Positions 8,951-19,202 are shown, counted from the first letter of the stretch. The stretch is DNA of 51,236 bases from Methanosarcinales archaeon (GCA_030611585.1 JAUWPM010000003.1:1-51236), one strand, 5' to 3'. The notes: generated by a model from the letters alone, not told the origin. Numbers and translations are program-made.

Positions 8951-9577
8951 TTAAAATCCCCCGAATCCTGGTCCCATACTCGGTCCTGGGAACATCTGTC
9001 CCGGCATCATTGCAATAAACGCAGCAACTAGTATCCCGATAATGATTGCAGGTATGACTATTGCAATAATCACCGCGAGAGCTGCTTTCCCGGTAGTGAG
9101 GTCGTGAAGTTGTCTCACACCGATGATTTCCACGATAAGCGCCCATATCCCTGCAATGAAACCTACGATTGGAATCCACCCCAAGATAAGGCTCGGTGTC
9201 ATTCCGTAAATCACTGCTTTTATCGTCTGCCCCATGCCGTTTCTACCGCCAACGAGATATACCCAGATGTGAAGCCAGACTCCACCAATGAAGATACCGA
9301 TTATTCCACCAATGAGTGCAGCGATAAAAACGCCTACTGCGGCCAAAGGTCCCGCTACTGCTCCAAATGGCATCTGTGGTACACCAAACATCCCAAACAT
9401 TCCCGCGATCATCGAAAACGCCACGGCGGCTATGATTGCAGAAAGCACAGCATATATCGCCAGAATGACGACGAAATACTTGAACGCATCGCCAAGCGAG
9501 TCTTCCCTGGAGGCGTCGAAGGTATCCGAAGGACTGAACAGGAACCCCTTTATTCTTTCCACTATGCTCAAGACCAT
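8951..9577 (-). CDS. Yip1 family membrane protein
   Basis: IKGFLFSPSDTF N-terminus, about 5 TM helices, GVRQLHDLTTGKA. Confidence 0.88.
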   Translation of the reverse strand: MVLSIVERIKGFLFSPSDTFDASREDSLGDAFKYFVVILAIYAVLSAIIAAVAFSMIAGMFGMFGVPQMPFGAVAGPLAAVGVFIAALIGGIIGIFIGGVWLHIWVYLVGGRNGMGQTIKAVIYGMTPSLILGWIPIVGFIAGIWALIVEIIGVRQLHDLTTGKAALAVIIAIVIPAIIIGILVAAFIAMMPGQMFPGPSMGPGFGGF

Positions 9578-9657
9578 TTTGCGTCACTGCAACCAAATAG
9601 GGATTTAGCCCTATAAAAACTTTTCCATAAAGTGGGCATTATTTGTGGACTCTTGCC

Positions 9658-10749
9658 TCACAGCTTCATCCTTCCTATATCCACGTATCTAATTATATAA
9701 CTCTCTTCCCCTACTTTCTCCGTAAACGAAAATATCATTCGCTTCTTCACGCCGTGCGCCAACCGTACCGCCCGTGCTAACTCGGGCATCGAAAACACAT
9801 GCTCTTCGGGCAGCGCATGAATCAAATTCAGGGAATGTCTCTGGTTTGTTGCCTTGTACACTCTGAAATGCGAACCGAATTTAAAACCGGTTTTTAGTAT
9901 CAGCCCCTTTTCCCTTAGATCCTCGTAAACCGCGTATTTAGCCATGAACTCGCTTTCTATGTGGGCGGCATGCTCGATGAACTGCTCGAAACTCAAACTC
10001 AGTTCCAGCAGCCCTTTCTTTAACAAATATGCCGCTTCAACCAGCGAAAGCAGCAACCTATTCTCATTCGTTAACTTGCCATAAAAATCGTTTTCGTAGA
10101 GGTTCACAGCTAAATCCGTATCCCATAAAGTTACCCTGTCCCCCAGCAAAGATGCTTTACCCTTTCCGCTCACTTCACTCTTCCTTTTTCTATCTTCTCG
10201 CTCCTCTCGCTTCTCAATCACGTCGTCAAACTTTGCTTCCTTGACGTCGTAGTACGTGACGTCGCTTTCATCATCCACGACTGCAATAACGGGCTCCTTT
10301 CTCATGTTATGAGCTAAAACAAGGATAGCCTCCATGTCCTTCACCGATAAAAATTCTCGCTCTGATAATATGCGGATGAAGTACCGAGCAGTCTTCGCTC
10401 CCGGCTTGGTTCCACGCGGATAGAGCCAAAAATCAACTTTACCGGGCTGCACCACATAGCCGCGCTCCTTCAAATCTTTGTACACGATGTATCTCGCCCC
10501 GAAGTTCGGATAGATGCCCAACGCATGCTTAAAGAAATCTTCAAGTGTCAACTCCGATCCTTTTCCCTTTGTTATTACTATCTTCCCAGCCTCAAGCAAA
10601 AAAGCAGCCTCTTCCAGTGATAGCTCTAATTTGTACTCCCGTTCCCCTTTTACACCTTTACCCTTTTTCCTTCCGTAACCCCGAAACTCAAAAGTATCTG
10701 CTTCTGACCCTGCTACTATGACATTTTCGCCTGACAGTACTCCGTGCAT
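9658..10749 (-). CDS. endA: tRNA-splicing endonuclease (two-repeat, homodimeric alpha2 type)
   Basis: Two repeats (LSLEEAAFL..YIVYKDLKERGY and LSLVEAAYL..VYEDLREKG); catalytic repeat GFKFGSHFRVY..HS..AHGVKK. Start placed at ATG 10749 to avoid overlap with alaS. Confidence 0.95.
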   Translation of the reverse strand: MHGVLSGENVIVAGSEADTFEFRGYGRKKGKGVKGEREYKLELSLEEAAFLLEAGKIVITKGKGSELTLEDFFKHALGIYPNFGARYIVYKDLKERGYVVQPGKVDFWLYPRGTKPGAKTARYFIRILSEREFLSVKDMEAILVLAHNMRKEPVIAVVDDESDVTYYDVKEAKFDDVIEKREEREDRKRKSEVSGKGKASLLGDRVTLWDTDLAVNLYENDFYGKLTNENRLLLSLVEAAYLLKKGLLELSLSFEQFIEHAAHIESEFMAKYAVYEDLREKGLILKTGFKFGSHFRVYKATNQRHSLNLIHALPEEHVFSMPELARAVRLAHGVKKRMIFSFTEKVGEESYIIRYVDIGRMKL

Positions 10750-10836
10750 CTTTATTGTGATAAACGATTTCTCAATAAGAAAGAAAACAATAAGCTTTTT
10801 AAGTCTCTCTTCTCCATGTGCATAGAATAAAATAAA

Positions 10837-13632
10837 ATGAATAATGGGGAGTACGACATAGAATACTTCAAGGAAAATGGATTCGTAAGGAAGCAATGCG
10901 AGAAGTGTGGCACGTACTTCTGGACTCGTGATAAAGATATAAAGACATGCGGGGACGCCCCGTGTGAGATTTATTCGTTTATCGGCTCGCCCATCTTCAA
11001 AGAGCGAAGTCCCGATGAGGTGAGGGAATCATTCCTGTCTTTCTTTGAAGATCGTTCGCACACGAGACTGGGAAGGTATCCGGTCGTGGCACGATGGCGA
11101 GATGACATATACCTCACAATCGCATCTATTGCGGATTTTCAACCTTTTGTAACGTCAGGCAAAGTCCCTCCACCTGCGAATCCGCTCGTCATTTCGCAAC
11201 CCTGCATACGGCTTGAAGACCTCGAATCCATAGGGAAAAGCGGTCGTCATTTAACCATTTTCGAGATGATGGGTCATCATGCCTTCAATAAACGAGGCGA
11301 GGAGGAGATATACTGGAAGAATGATACCGTGAGGTATTGCGATGATTTTCTGCGACAACTTGGTGTGGACATGGAGAGTGTAACATATAAGGAAGCTCCG
11401 TGGGTAGGCGGCGGAAATGCGGGACCGTGCCTCGAAGTAATCACCGGCGGGTTAGAGCTTGCTACACTCGTTTTCATGGACCTCGAACTATCTCCTCGTG
11501 GTGACATAAACATGGAGGGGCGGCGATATCGGAAAATGGACACGTACGTCGTGGACACGGGATACGGCTTGGAACGTTTTGTATGGGCTTCTAAGGGTAC
11601 TCCAACGGTGTATGACGCGATGTTCCCCGCCGTAATAAAGGAATTGGTAAACGCCGCGGGAATTGAACATCCGATAGAGACGCATCCAGAGATAATTATG
11701 AAGCATGCAAGTTTGTCCGGCTCTCTGAAAAGGGTAGAAATAGCGAAAAGATTGGGTATTTCGCTGGAAACTCTCACAAGCATATTGGAGCCGATAGAAA
11801 CCATCTATGCGGTTGCAGACCATACAAAATGCCTGGCGTTTATGCTCGCGGATGGTATCGTACCTTCAAATGCAAAAGAGGGCTATCTGGCAAGATTGGT
11901 CTTGAGAAGAGCTTTTAGGATGTTGAAATCCTTAGGAATAGAAACACCGTTAGAGGAATTAGTGCTCATGCAGATAAAAACGCTCAGAAATTCTTTCCCA
12001 GAACTGCAGAAATCTGTGGATAGAATCGTTGAAATCGTCTCGCTCGAGAAGCGGAGATACGATGAGACGCTTTTAAAAGGCGAACGAATAATACGGCAGC
12101 TTGCAAAGGAATATGAAGGTAAAGCTGAGCAAAAAGTGCCGCCCGATCTACTCATTAATTTATACGATACTCACGGGCTACCACCGGAATTTGTGAAAGA
12201 CGTGGTATCTAACATGACAGACATGAAAGCAGGCAGTGAAGTGAAAGTAGAGGTTCCGGAGAACTTTTATACGTTAGTTGCACGTATGCACAGCGAGGAG
12301 CGAAAGGAAGAGGTGGAACCTTTCGTAGAGAGCATGAGAGAGAAGACGAAGTCAATTCCGGCGACGATAAAGTCGTATTACGAAGAGCCATCTGCGGTAG
12401 AGTTCGAAGCCACCGTTTTGGATGGAGTTGATGATTTTGTCATATTAGATAAGACGCTCTTTTTCCCGGAAGGCGGTGGTCAACCTGCGGATACCGGCTT
12501 CTTGACTTTCGTGCGGAACGGTGAGACGGGTGCAAAGAGCGTAAAGGTAGTGAACGTGCAGGAAGTTGACGGTGTTATTCTTCATAAAATAGAGAACGGG
12601 GAGATAAGTATAAGCAAGGGTGCAGCGGTATCTGGTCACATAGATCCAAAGCGGCGAATCGCGCACACAAAGCACCACACCGCAACGCATATAGTGGTCT
12701 GTGCAGCGCGGAAAGTACTGGGCGACCACGTCTGGCAGGCAGGAGCGCAGAAAGGAGAAAAGAGAGCGAGAATTGACATCGCACATTTTAAACGAATTTC
12801 TAACGCTGAACGAAGGGAGATAGAAATGCTTGCAAACCAGATGGTCATGGAGAACCTGGAGATAAGGACGAGCTTTGTGGATCGGAATGAGGCGGAGCAG
12901 AAATACGGTTCCCGTATTTATCAGGGTGGCGTGCCCATCGGTAAGGAGATAAGAATAGTGCGAATCGGCGAGGATCTGGATGTGCAGGCATGTGCCGGAA
13001 CGCATCTCTCAAGGACTGGTGAGTGCGGTCCGATAAAAATATTGCGCACTGAGCGGATACAAGATGGTATCGAGCGATTAGAGTACGCAGCAGGCGAAGC
13101 TGCGGTCGAAGCGATCCAAGCGCAGGAGGAACTGATAAGGAAATCGGCGGCCGTAGTAAAAGTACCATCCGAGAAGCTTCCTACGGTGGTTGAACGATTC
13201 TTTGAGGAGTGGAAACAGTTGAGGAAGGAGAACGAGCGATTACGCGGTGAGATCGCGGAACAGGAACTCGAGCGTTTGAGGGGGCAAGCACAAGATATAA
13301 GCGGTGTAAAGGTTATTGCGGCGGTATTGCCCGATGCGGATACGAAAGCGATGCTGAAAATCGCATCGCTGCTCTCGAATGAGAACTTCGTAACGATATT
13401 AATAGGACGGGAAGAAAAAAGTGCATCTGCCGTTGCATCCATACCAGCTTATCTCACGGATGAGATACATGCTGGCATAGTAATCAAGCGTGTTTGTGAA
13501 GTGCTCGGAGGAAGTGGGGGCGGTAAAGCTGAACTGGCACAGGGCGGTGGTAATAGGAGAGATAAAGTGCATGAAGCCCGTGATGTGGCTTTGAAATATA
13601 TAGAAGTGGCATTACTACAAAGGAAAAAATAG
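10837..13632 (+). CDS. alaS: Alanine--tRNA ligase (archaeal type)
   Basis: RWRDDIYLTIASIADFQP, GRHLTIFEMMGHH, DTGYGLER, editing motifs HTATH and ACAGTH, C-terminal GGSGGG. Confidence 0.98.
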   Translation: MNNGEYDIEYFKENGFVRKQCEKCGTYFWTRDKDIKTCGDAPCEIYSFIGSPIFKERSPDEVRESFLSFFEDRSHTRLGRYPVVARWRDDIYLTIASIADFQPFVTSGKVPPPANPLVISQPCIRLEDLESIGKSGRHLTIFEMMGHHAFNKRGEEEIYWKNDTVRYCDDFLRQLGVDMESVTYKEAPWVGGGNAGPCLEVITGGLELATLVFMDLELSPRGDINMEGRRYRKMDTYVVDTGYGLERFVWASKGTPTVYDAMFPAVIKELVNAAGIEHPIETHPEIIMKHASLSGSLKRVEIAKRLGISLETLTSILEPIETIYAVADHTKCLAFMLADGIVPSNAKEGYLARLVLRRAFRMLKSLGIETPLEELVLMQIKTLRNSFPELQKSVDRIVEIVSLEKRRYDETLLKGERIIRQLAKEYEGKAEQKVPPDLLINLYDTHGLPPEFVKDVVSNMTDMKAGSEVKVEVPENFYTLVARMHSEERKEEVEPFVESMREKTKSIPATIKSYYEEPSAVEFEATVLDGVDDFVILDKTLFFPEGGGQPADTGFLTFVRNGETGAKSVKVVNVQEVDGVILHKIENGEISISKGAAVSGHIDPKRRIAHTKHHTATHIVVCAARKVLGDHVWQAGAQKGEKRARIDIAHFKRISNAERREIEMLANQMVMENLEIRTSFVDRNEAEQKYGSRIYQGGVPIGKEIRIVRIGEDLDVQACAGTHLSRTGECGPIKILRTERIQDGIERLEYAAGEAAVEAIQAQEELIRKSAAVVKVPSEKLPTVVERFFEEWKQLRKENERLRGEIAEQELERLRGQAQDISGVKVIAAVLPDADTKAMLKIASLLSNENFVTILIGREEKSASAVASIPAYLTDEIHAGIVIKRVCEVLGGSGGGKAELAQGGGNRRDKVHEARDVALKYIEVALLQRKK

Positions 13633-13692
13633 AATTATAACTGATATTATAATACAAAAGAGAACATTAAGCGAAAGAGGTGCTATATCTGC

Positions 13693-14355
13693 GTGTATCT
13701 GATAATAGTGGGGTTGGGCGGAATAGGAAGAAATCTGGTGAATATCGCGGCAAAGGACAAGAATGACGTGGTAGTCATAGATGAGAATGAGAAGCGATGC
13801 AAAGAGATAGCAGAACAATACGACGTCTTAACGATCGTCGGAGACGCAACGCAGAAATCAATCTTAGAGGAAGCGAATGCACAGAGAGCAAATGTGCTCA
13901 TCGCTACCACTTCTGACGACGGGGATAATTTGATGATGGCACTAACGGCAAAGGAGTTAGGTACGAAAAATACCATTGCCATCGTGAATCAGGAAGAACA
14001 CGTGGAGATGTTCAAGAACGCGAATGTATTTATGCTTGAGAATCCCGACATGACCGTTGCACGGCATCTCTATCTCACGGCGAAACGACCGAAGATAAAA
14101 GATTTTATTACGATTGGTAAAGGAAAAGCGGAGATATTTGAGTTGATCGTCTCTGATAATTCGCGTGCCGCTGGGAAAGAGCTGTCGCAATTGAATATAA
14201 AAAAGGGGGTAGTGGTGGCGATAGAGCGGAATAGTGATATAATTATGCCAACAGGCGATGCAGTCATTAAAGCAGGCGATCTCGTAACGATATTCGCGAA
14301 GACGAAGGAAGTGGATGCGATAAGCTCCATTTTCACACGTGAGAAGGTTTTTTGA
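13693..14355 (+). CDS. trkA: Trk potassium uptake NAD-binding regulatory subunit
   Basis: GLGGIG Rossmann motif, GDAT, TrkA-C domain; GTG start. Confidence 0.93.
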   Translation: MYLIIVGLGGIGRNLVNIAAKDKNDVVVIDENEKRCKEIAEQYDVLTIVGDATQKSILEEANAQRANVLIATTSDDGDNLMMALTAKELGTKNTIAIVNQEEHVEMFKNANVFMLENPDMTVARHLYLTAKRPKIKDFITIGKGKAEIFELIVSDNSRAAGKELSQLNIKKGVVVAIERNSDIIMPTGDAVIKAGDLVTIFAKTKEVDAISSIFTREKVF

Positions 14356-14384
14356 TTGCTGGATTAAAGGTAATAGAGATTTGA

Positions 14385-14477
14385 ATAAGATTAAAAGTCC
14401 TTGTGATTTCAGATTTGACATTGAAGGAATTGGAGGGGGCACCACCGAATGTCAGGAACTTGGTTGAGGAAAGATAA
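14385..14477 (+). pseudogene. Fragment of a PIN-domain toxin
   Basis: Translates to IRLKVLVISDLTLKELEGAPPNVRNLVEER*, resembling the internal (V/I)S..T..EL..AP segment of PIN proteins; no start and no other catalytic segments. Confidence 0.5.
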
Positions 14478-14604
14478 AAAATTTGATGCTGTGAGGATGA
14501 TGAGAGAAATCAGGGACAAATTGAGCGAGATATACACCAAAGACCCAGAGGCTGAGAAAAGAGACTTGGAAGCTATAAGGAAAAAATATGGGATAAAGGG
14601 CTAA
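14464..14604 (+). CDS. Small charged protein, putative antitoxin of the decayed PIN module
   Basis: TTG-started 46 aa (M)RKDKKFDAVRMMREIRDKLSEIY...; below the ORF track cutoff; resembles small FDAV.MMR.IRD proteins seen beside PIN genes. Confidence 0.5.
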   Translation: MRKDKKFDAVRMMREIRDKLSEIYTKDPEAEKRDLEAIRKKYGIKG

Positions 14605-14727
14605 AAATGAGAAAGCGCACTTCCGATACGTTCAGAACGTTAGACAAAACCTCGCTTTTGATGCCTATGGCATAGGATATACACAGTAAAGAGATTGATA
14701 AGATGCTTTCTCAACCTATGCACCGCT

Positions 14728-16182
14728 TCACCCCTTCCAAAACGCGGGCGTCAACAGAACTAAAACGGTAAAGAGTTCTAACCTTCCTATCCACATACAA
14801 AGAGACAATATGATTTTGCCTATGATAGGAACGGATGCGTAATCTATTGCTACAAGACCAAAGCCTGGACCAACATTCCCCAGTGTCGCAGCCACGGAAG
14901 AGGTAGCACTAAGTATATCAAACCCTAACGCAGTCATTGCAATCGAACACACGGCAAATATCAAAAAATAAGAGAAAATAAATGCGGTAATCCCCTGTAT
15001 AATGTCGTCAGAAATGGGCGTTTTTCCACTCTTCAGCACAAAAACGGCATGGGGATACAGGATTTTGCGAATTCGTAGTCCAATGTATTTTAGCAGGAGG
15101 TATATCCTGATGACTTTTATGCTGCCTCCCGTAGAGCCACCGCATCCGCCAATGAACATCAGGCTCAGCAATATGATCTGGGATAAATGAGGCCAGGCAT
15201 CAAAATTCGCGGTTGTGAACCCCGTAGTGGTCATGATAGAAACAGCTTGAAACCCCCCGTAGCGGAATGCTTCCTGTATGGATGCGAATTTATGAACGTA
15301 TAAATCGGCGGTTATTATAAGAGCAGCCGTTAAGAGAAGTAAGCAGTAGACCTGAAATTCCTTGTTTGCTAATATCTTCTGGGGTTTCCTTAGCAACGAA
15401 TAATGCAAGACGAAGTTCATCCCTGCGAGGAACATGAATACCGCTATGATTAACTCTGCTATTGGATTATGGTATCCCGCGATGTTCTCAGGATGCGGTG
15501 AAAAGCCTCCGGTAGGCATCGTGCTGAACGTGTTGCAAAGAGCGTCAAACGGAGCCATTTTCGCCACGTAAAAGAGTGCCAGAACTTCTGCAACCGTCAA
15601 AACAAGGTACATTGACCACAGCATTCTCGCGGTCATCTGGACTCGTGGTCTAATCCGTTCAGCCATCGGTCCCGGGAACTCGCGGTCAAATAACTGGCTG
15701 CCCGCAATGCCGAACGTGGGAAGAATAGCAATGAAAAGCAGAATGACGCCCATACCTCCAATCCACTGCGTGAAACACCGCCATAAAAGTATGCTGCGAT
15801 CAACATCCTGCAAATTCAGCATCACCGTGGAACCCGTGGTGGTGAAGCCGGACATAGACTCGAAGAAGGCATCAATTGGACTTAACGTCGCTGAGAATAC
15901 GTACGGCAGAGCACCGAAAAACGCAACCGCGAGCCAGCCTAAGGCAACAATGGCAAAACCTTCTCGCCTCTTTATTATTCCCGGCGTACCTATCTTCCGT
16001 TCTAAAATCACGCCGAAGAGGACGGTTATCGCAAGCGGGATCAGCCAGGTTTTTATAATGAATGGGGTAAGGTGTACTGGTCTCTCGCCGTACCAAATCG
16101 CCACTCCTAACGGAACGATCATTAGAATACCAAGATACTTTACGATGCTTCCGATGCTACCGCAAACGATCTTTTGATCCAT
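14728..16182 (-). CDS. trkH: Trk potassium uptake permease
   Basis: FESMSGFTTTGS, QWIGGMG, TTTGF, GGCGGSTGGSIK, LGNVGPG, GRLE. Confidence 0.96.
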   Translation of the reverse strand: MDQKIVCGSIGSIVKYLGILMIVPLGVAIWYGERPVHLTPFIIKTWLIPLAITVLFGVILERKIGTPGIIKRREGFAIVALGWLAVAFFGALPYVFSATLSPIDAFFESMSGFTTTGSTVMLNLQDVDRSILLWRCFTQWIGGMGVILLFIAILPTFGIAGSQLFDREFPGPMAERIRPRVQMTARMLWSMYLVLTVAEVLALFYVAKMAPFDALCNTFSTMPTGGFSPHPENIAGYHNPIAELIIAVFMFLAGMNFVLHYSLLRKPQKILANKEFQVYCLLLLTAALIITADLYVHKFASIQEAFRYGGFQAVSIMTTTGFTTANFDAWPHLSQIILLSLMFIGGCGGSTGGSIKVIRIYLLLKYIGLRIRKILYPHAVFVLKSGKTPISDDIIQGITAFIFSYFLIFAVCSIAMTALGFDILSATSSVAATLGNVGPGFGLVAIDYASVPIIGKIILSLCMWIGRLELFTVLVLLTPAFWKG

Positions 16183-16306
16183 ACACTTTTTCCCTTTTTA
16201 CAAAAAAGAAAACCTGTACTAAAACTAAACCCTTTTAGAAATTATAGCGCTTTCGGGAAAAAAGACTTTCTTTGGTCACGCTTTCTTTACCAAAGAAAAG
16301 GTTTGT
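16183..16306 (-). repeat. MITE-like A/T-tract repeat related to 40151-40290
   Basis: The reverse complement shares CACAA..TTT..GGTAAA..CGTGAC.AAA and AAGGGTTTAGTTTT..TTTTTGT.AAAA..AAAAAGTGT with 40151-40290. Confidence 0.6.
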
Positions 16307-16619
16307 GCGGGCACGCTCTCGGTCGGCGCCTTCGCCGTCAACCAGGCCCTCAAGGTCTTTCTCCGCATCGCTATCCTCCGAGCGCCAGCGTTCACAGTGA
16401 GTCTGCTCCCTTCCGGGCCTAAACCGGTATCTGTGACAAAGGCATGGCAACAGGCCCTCCAGCCAGCCACCATACCACCGTCAACCCCGCAGGGCGATGC
16501 TTCTTCGTCCAACCTTGAGCTGAAATTGACAGCTATGACGTCTTCCTCAAGCTTCGCCTCTCGCATATCGGCGATTTCGAGTTACAAAGGACGCCTAACC
16601 CTCCAGGCTAGCCCGCACA
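16304..16619 (-). ncRNA. ffs: Archaeal signal recognition particle RNA (7S RNA)
   Basis: Minus strand begins TGTGCGGGCTAGCCTGGAGGGTTAGGCGTCCTTTGTAACTCGAAATCGCCGATATGCG (Alu domain); helix 8 TAGGCCCGGAAGGGAGCAG with GGAA tetraloop; ends pair (TGTGCGGGC/GCCCGCACA); about 316 nt, GC-rich. Confidence 0.96.
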
Positions 16620-16637
16620 GATGAATATAAGTGTTGG

Positions 16638-16656
16638 ATATAAATAAAACCTTTGT
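16638..16656 (-). promoter_or_regulatory. TATA/BRE promoter of the SRP RNA
   Basis: Minus strand reads ACAAAGGTTTTATTTATAT about 20-35 nt upstream of the RNA 5' end. Confidence 0.6.
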
Positions 16657-16660
16657 TCAT

Positions 16661-16746
16661 AACCCCCGGATTACACAGTTTTTAACGAGAAGATAAAGAT
16701 ACAAGATGCAAGTCAAACCTGTATCTTGCATCCTGCATCCTGTATC
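16661..16746. repeat. Heptamer-based inverted repeat preceded by a degenerate AACC..GATTACACAG arm
   Basis: AGATAAAGATACAAGATGCAAG-spacer-CTGTATCTTGCATCCTGCATCCTGTATC. Confidence 0.7.
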
Positions 16747-16756
16747 GGCAGTTATA

Positions 16757-18031
16757 TCACGAATACAAATATTTCCACATCTCACCTTTATCTGTTTCTA
16801 TCCTTATGTTAATATCCTTCCATCGCGCCGGCATAGCAGTAGGAACCCGAAATGAAGCTAAGATCTTTGTATAAACATCGATAGTAGCCTTTGAAATTTT
16901 ATCCCCGTTTAATGAACGAACTTTTTGGAACCCTTTTTCTACCATTTCCTCGAGTTCAACTCTTCGTTTATCATCGTCTTCGACAAAAAGAATTTTTATA
17001 ATGCCTTCTGCAAGACTTTCAGAGTTGTTAGGCGGCACTTTTACGCCTTCACCAGCGCTTATGAGTTCAGAAAGCCCGCCAACATCTGATGCTACCACCG
17101 GAGTTTTAGCCGCCATCGCCTCTAAAACGACGATTCCAAATGGCTCATATAAGGAGGGCACAACAACCACATCTACTGCTTTTAATAAACTTCTGACGGT
17201 GTAATCATCTAAATATCCAGTAAAAACAACGTGGCTTGACACACCGAGATAAGCAGCATCTTTCTTCAATTGCTCCCTCATCGATCCTTCTCCTACAATC
17301 ACGAGTTTTACATCACATTTTACACTTGAACATGAGGTCACAATTCCTGGCATTGCTCCTATCAAAACGTTCACACCTTTTTGATAAACGAGTCTCCCGA
17401 GAAATAATATCATCTTTGAACTTTTCGAACCACAAATTTTTTCTTTTATTGCCGCTCTATCAACAGGGAAATCGAATTTCGATGCATCTACCCCGTTTGG
17501 GATTACAGAAATTTTTCCTGTAACACCAAACAAGCCTTGTATCTCTCTCTTCATGCTCTCGCTGCACACAATCACATGGTCTGACAATCCTATAAGCCGT
17601 TCCTCCAACTCATGGATTCTCATCTGATATTCCCCCTTTATTCCTTGTGACCTTCCGAATTCAGTGCTGTGTATCGTTGAGACTAAGGGCTTTCTGTATC
17701 TAAATGCCAGGTCTATTGCAGCATTACCGACCATCCAGTCATGCGCGTGTATTATCTCTATAGAAGCGTCATGGGATTCGATGATCATAGCTCCGATTTT
17801 CTTCATCTCATCATTCATGCGAACTATAAAATCGGGCTTAGAGGCATCAACTGCAACCCGATGTACATAAACACCCTCGTTTTCCTTGTAAGGAAAAGAC
17901 CCTAAAGTAACCACGTGCACCTCCTGTCCTTTTCTCCTCAATGCCTTTGACAGCTCATAGACGTGCTCTGCAATTCCCCCTATCTTATATGGGGGATATT
18001 CCCATGAGAGCGTCAATATCCGATTTTGCAC
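16757..18031 (-). CDS. Glycosyltransferase family 4 (glycogen synthase-like)
   Basis: WEYPPYKIGG, HAHDW, HSTEFGR, PSLYEPFGIVVLEAMA. Confidence 0.92.
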   Translation of the reverse strand: MQNRILTLSWEYPPYKIGGIAEHVYELSKALRRKGQEVHVVTLGSFPYKENEGVYVHRVAVDASKPDFIVRMNDEMKKIGAMIIESHDASIEIIHAHDWMVGNAAIDLAFRYRKPLVSTIHSTEFGRSQGIKGEYQMRIHELEERLIGLSDHVIVCSESMKREIQGLFGVTGKISVIPNGVDASKFDFPVDRAAIKEKICGSKSSKMILFLGRLVYQKGVNVLIGAMPGIVTSCSSVKCDVKLVIVGEGSMREQLKKDAAYLGVSSHVVFTGYLDDYTVRSLLKAVDVVVVPSLYEPFGIVVLEAMAAKTPVVASDVGGLSELISAGEGVKVPPNNSESLAEGIIKILFVEDDDKRRVELEEMVEKGFQKVRSLNGDKISKATIDVYTKILASFRVPTAMPARWKDINIRIETDKGEMWKYLYS

Positions 18032-18051
18032 TTGCTATTTCTCCGGTTCTC

Positions 18052-18261
18052 TCACTTTAATCTAACGAAAACACCCCTGCTCTTTTTTACAAACTCCAGC
18101 TTATCCTCCTTTGCAAGCCATCCAAGACCCATGTACGCGGTGCTTTGCGAGGCTTTTATCTCTGAGACCACCCCGGATATGCTTAACTCACCTCTTTCTT
18201 TCAACAAATGCCATATCTCCCCTGCAACGTTTCCTATTTCTTCTATCATGTCCATAACCAA
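18052..18261 (-). CDS. Small winged-helix protein (DUF2582-like)
   Basis: IGNVAGEIWHLL...MGLGWLAKEDKL. Confidence 0.85.
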   Translation of the reverse strand: MVMDMIEEIGNVAGEIWHLLKERGELSISGVVSEIKASQSTAYMGLGWLAKEDKLEFVKKSRGVFVRLK

Positions 18262-18317
18262 TCACCTTCTTCTTTTTCCATCTCTAAAAAAATATCCCCC
18301 TCATATTTATGATTCTT

Positions 18318-19136
18318 TCACATTGGTCGAGTTCTTTTAAAAGGTAAGCGAAGCTCTTTCCCCGTGCCATATCGAAAATCGCGGAACCAGAAAATCCCGG
18401 AGGCGAAGCTGGTCATTGATTGTTGCTTCCTCCAGTAAGTAGTGTGCCTGAATTTCCTCAAGATATCTTCTAATCTCTTTCTTTGCTCTACTATTGAAAT
18501 TCCCTTCTTGCCTTCGCCTTTAACCTCACCTTCAACCTCGTGATAGAACTGTCCCATTCTCTCAAATATATCTTTTAGCTCCTTATCGTCTACGTAATAA
18601 CTCACGAGTTCACTCAATTCATCATACACTTCTTTCAGTCTTCCTTTGTAGCGCTCTGCGTCTTTTCTCGCTAAGAATATTTCGCACTCGCTAAAATACC
18701 TCTCAAGCCTGTCAAGCGTCCAACCACTTGCTAAAATACGCATCCTTGGATAGAATCTTCTTACATACTCTGGCTTCCGTGTCAATATGTTTCTAACACT
18801 TACAATACCGATGGGCACGCCGTTTTCAACCACTGGCAGCCTTTTTATTCGCTTCTTTGCTGCGAGCTCACATGCTTCATCTATCGATGTTTCTGGCTCC
18901 ATAGACACCAGAGGGAAAGACATTATCTCTTTTGCTTTTACCTCGCTTGCCCTTTTGTTCTTCAATAAAACTTTCAATGCTATATCTCGCTCAGTAATAA
19001 TTCCCGCTGGTTTGCCTTCTGAGGTTATAACTACACTGCCTATTTCCAGATCTGCCATATCTTTCACTATTTTTGTGGCTAAAGTGTCTTCATCTTCAGT
19101 AATGATTGGACGGCTCATTATCTCACGGACTTTCAT
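18318..19136 (-). CDS. CBS-pair protein with an unknown C-terminal helical domain
   Basis: KVREIMS, GIITERDI, IKRLPVVE in the first ~120 aa. Confidence 0.88.
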   Translation of the reverse strand: MKVREIMSRPIITEDEDTLATKIVKDMADLEIGSVVITSEGKPAGIITERDIALKVLLKNKRASEVKAKEIMSFPLVSMEPETSIDEACELAAKKRIKRLPVVENGVPIGIVSVRNILTRKPEYVRRFYPRMRILASGWTLDRLERYFSECEIFLARKDAERYKGRLKEVYDELSELVSYYVDDKELKDIFERMGQFYHEVEGEVKGEGKKGISIVEQRKRLEDILRKFRHTTYWRKQQSMTSFASGIFWFRDFRYGTGKELRLPFKRTRPM

Positions 19137-19202
19137 CTCTCTCTTTTCACCATGCCTGATGGTTAAAAAATAAAAAAGGGGAAAATAAAAAGCAATCCCC
19201 TT

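Noticed and set aside
10750-10896. N-terminal extension of endA in the ORF track
   Set aside because: It overlaps the alaS start and the promoter region; EndA-like sequence begins at ATG 10749.
11277-13442. Long antisense ORFs within alaS (and similar ones inside pgk, trkH, the debranching gene and csm genes)
   Set aside because: Shadow frames of well-supported genes with no independent motifs.
14595-14650. attC-like integron site (GTTAGAC core) after the small ORF
   Set aside because: No convincing inverse core or paired stem, no second cassette and no integrase in the window.
16174-16624. Four short ORFs on both strands
   Set aside because: They overlap the GC-rich SRP RNA, which explains the open frames.
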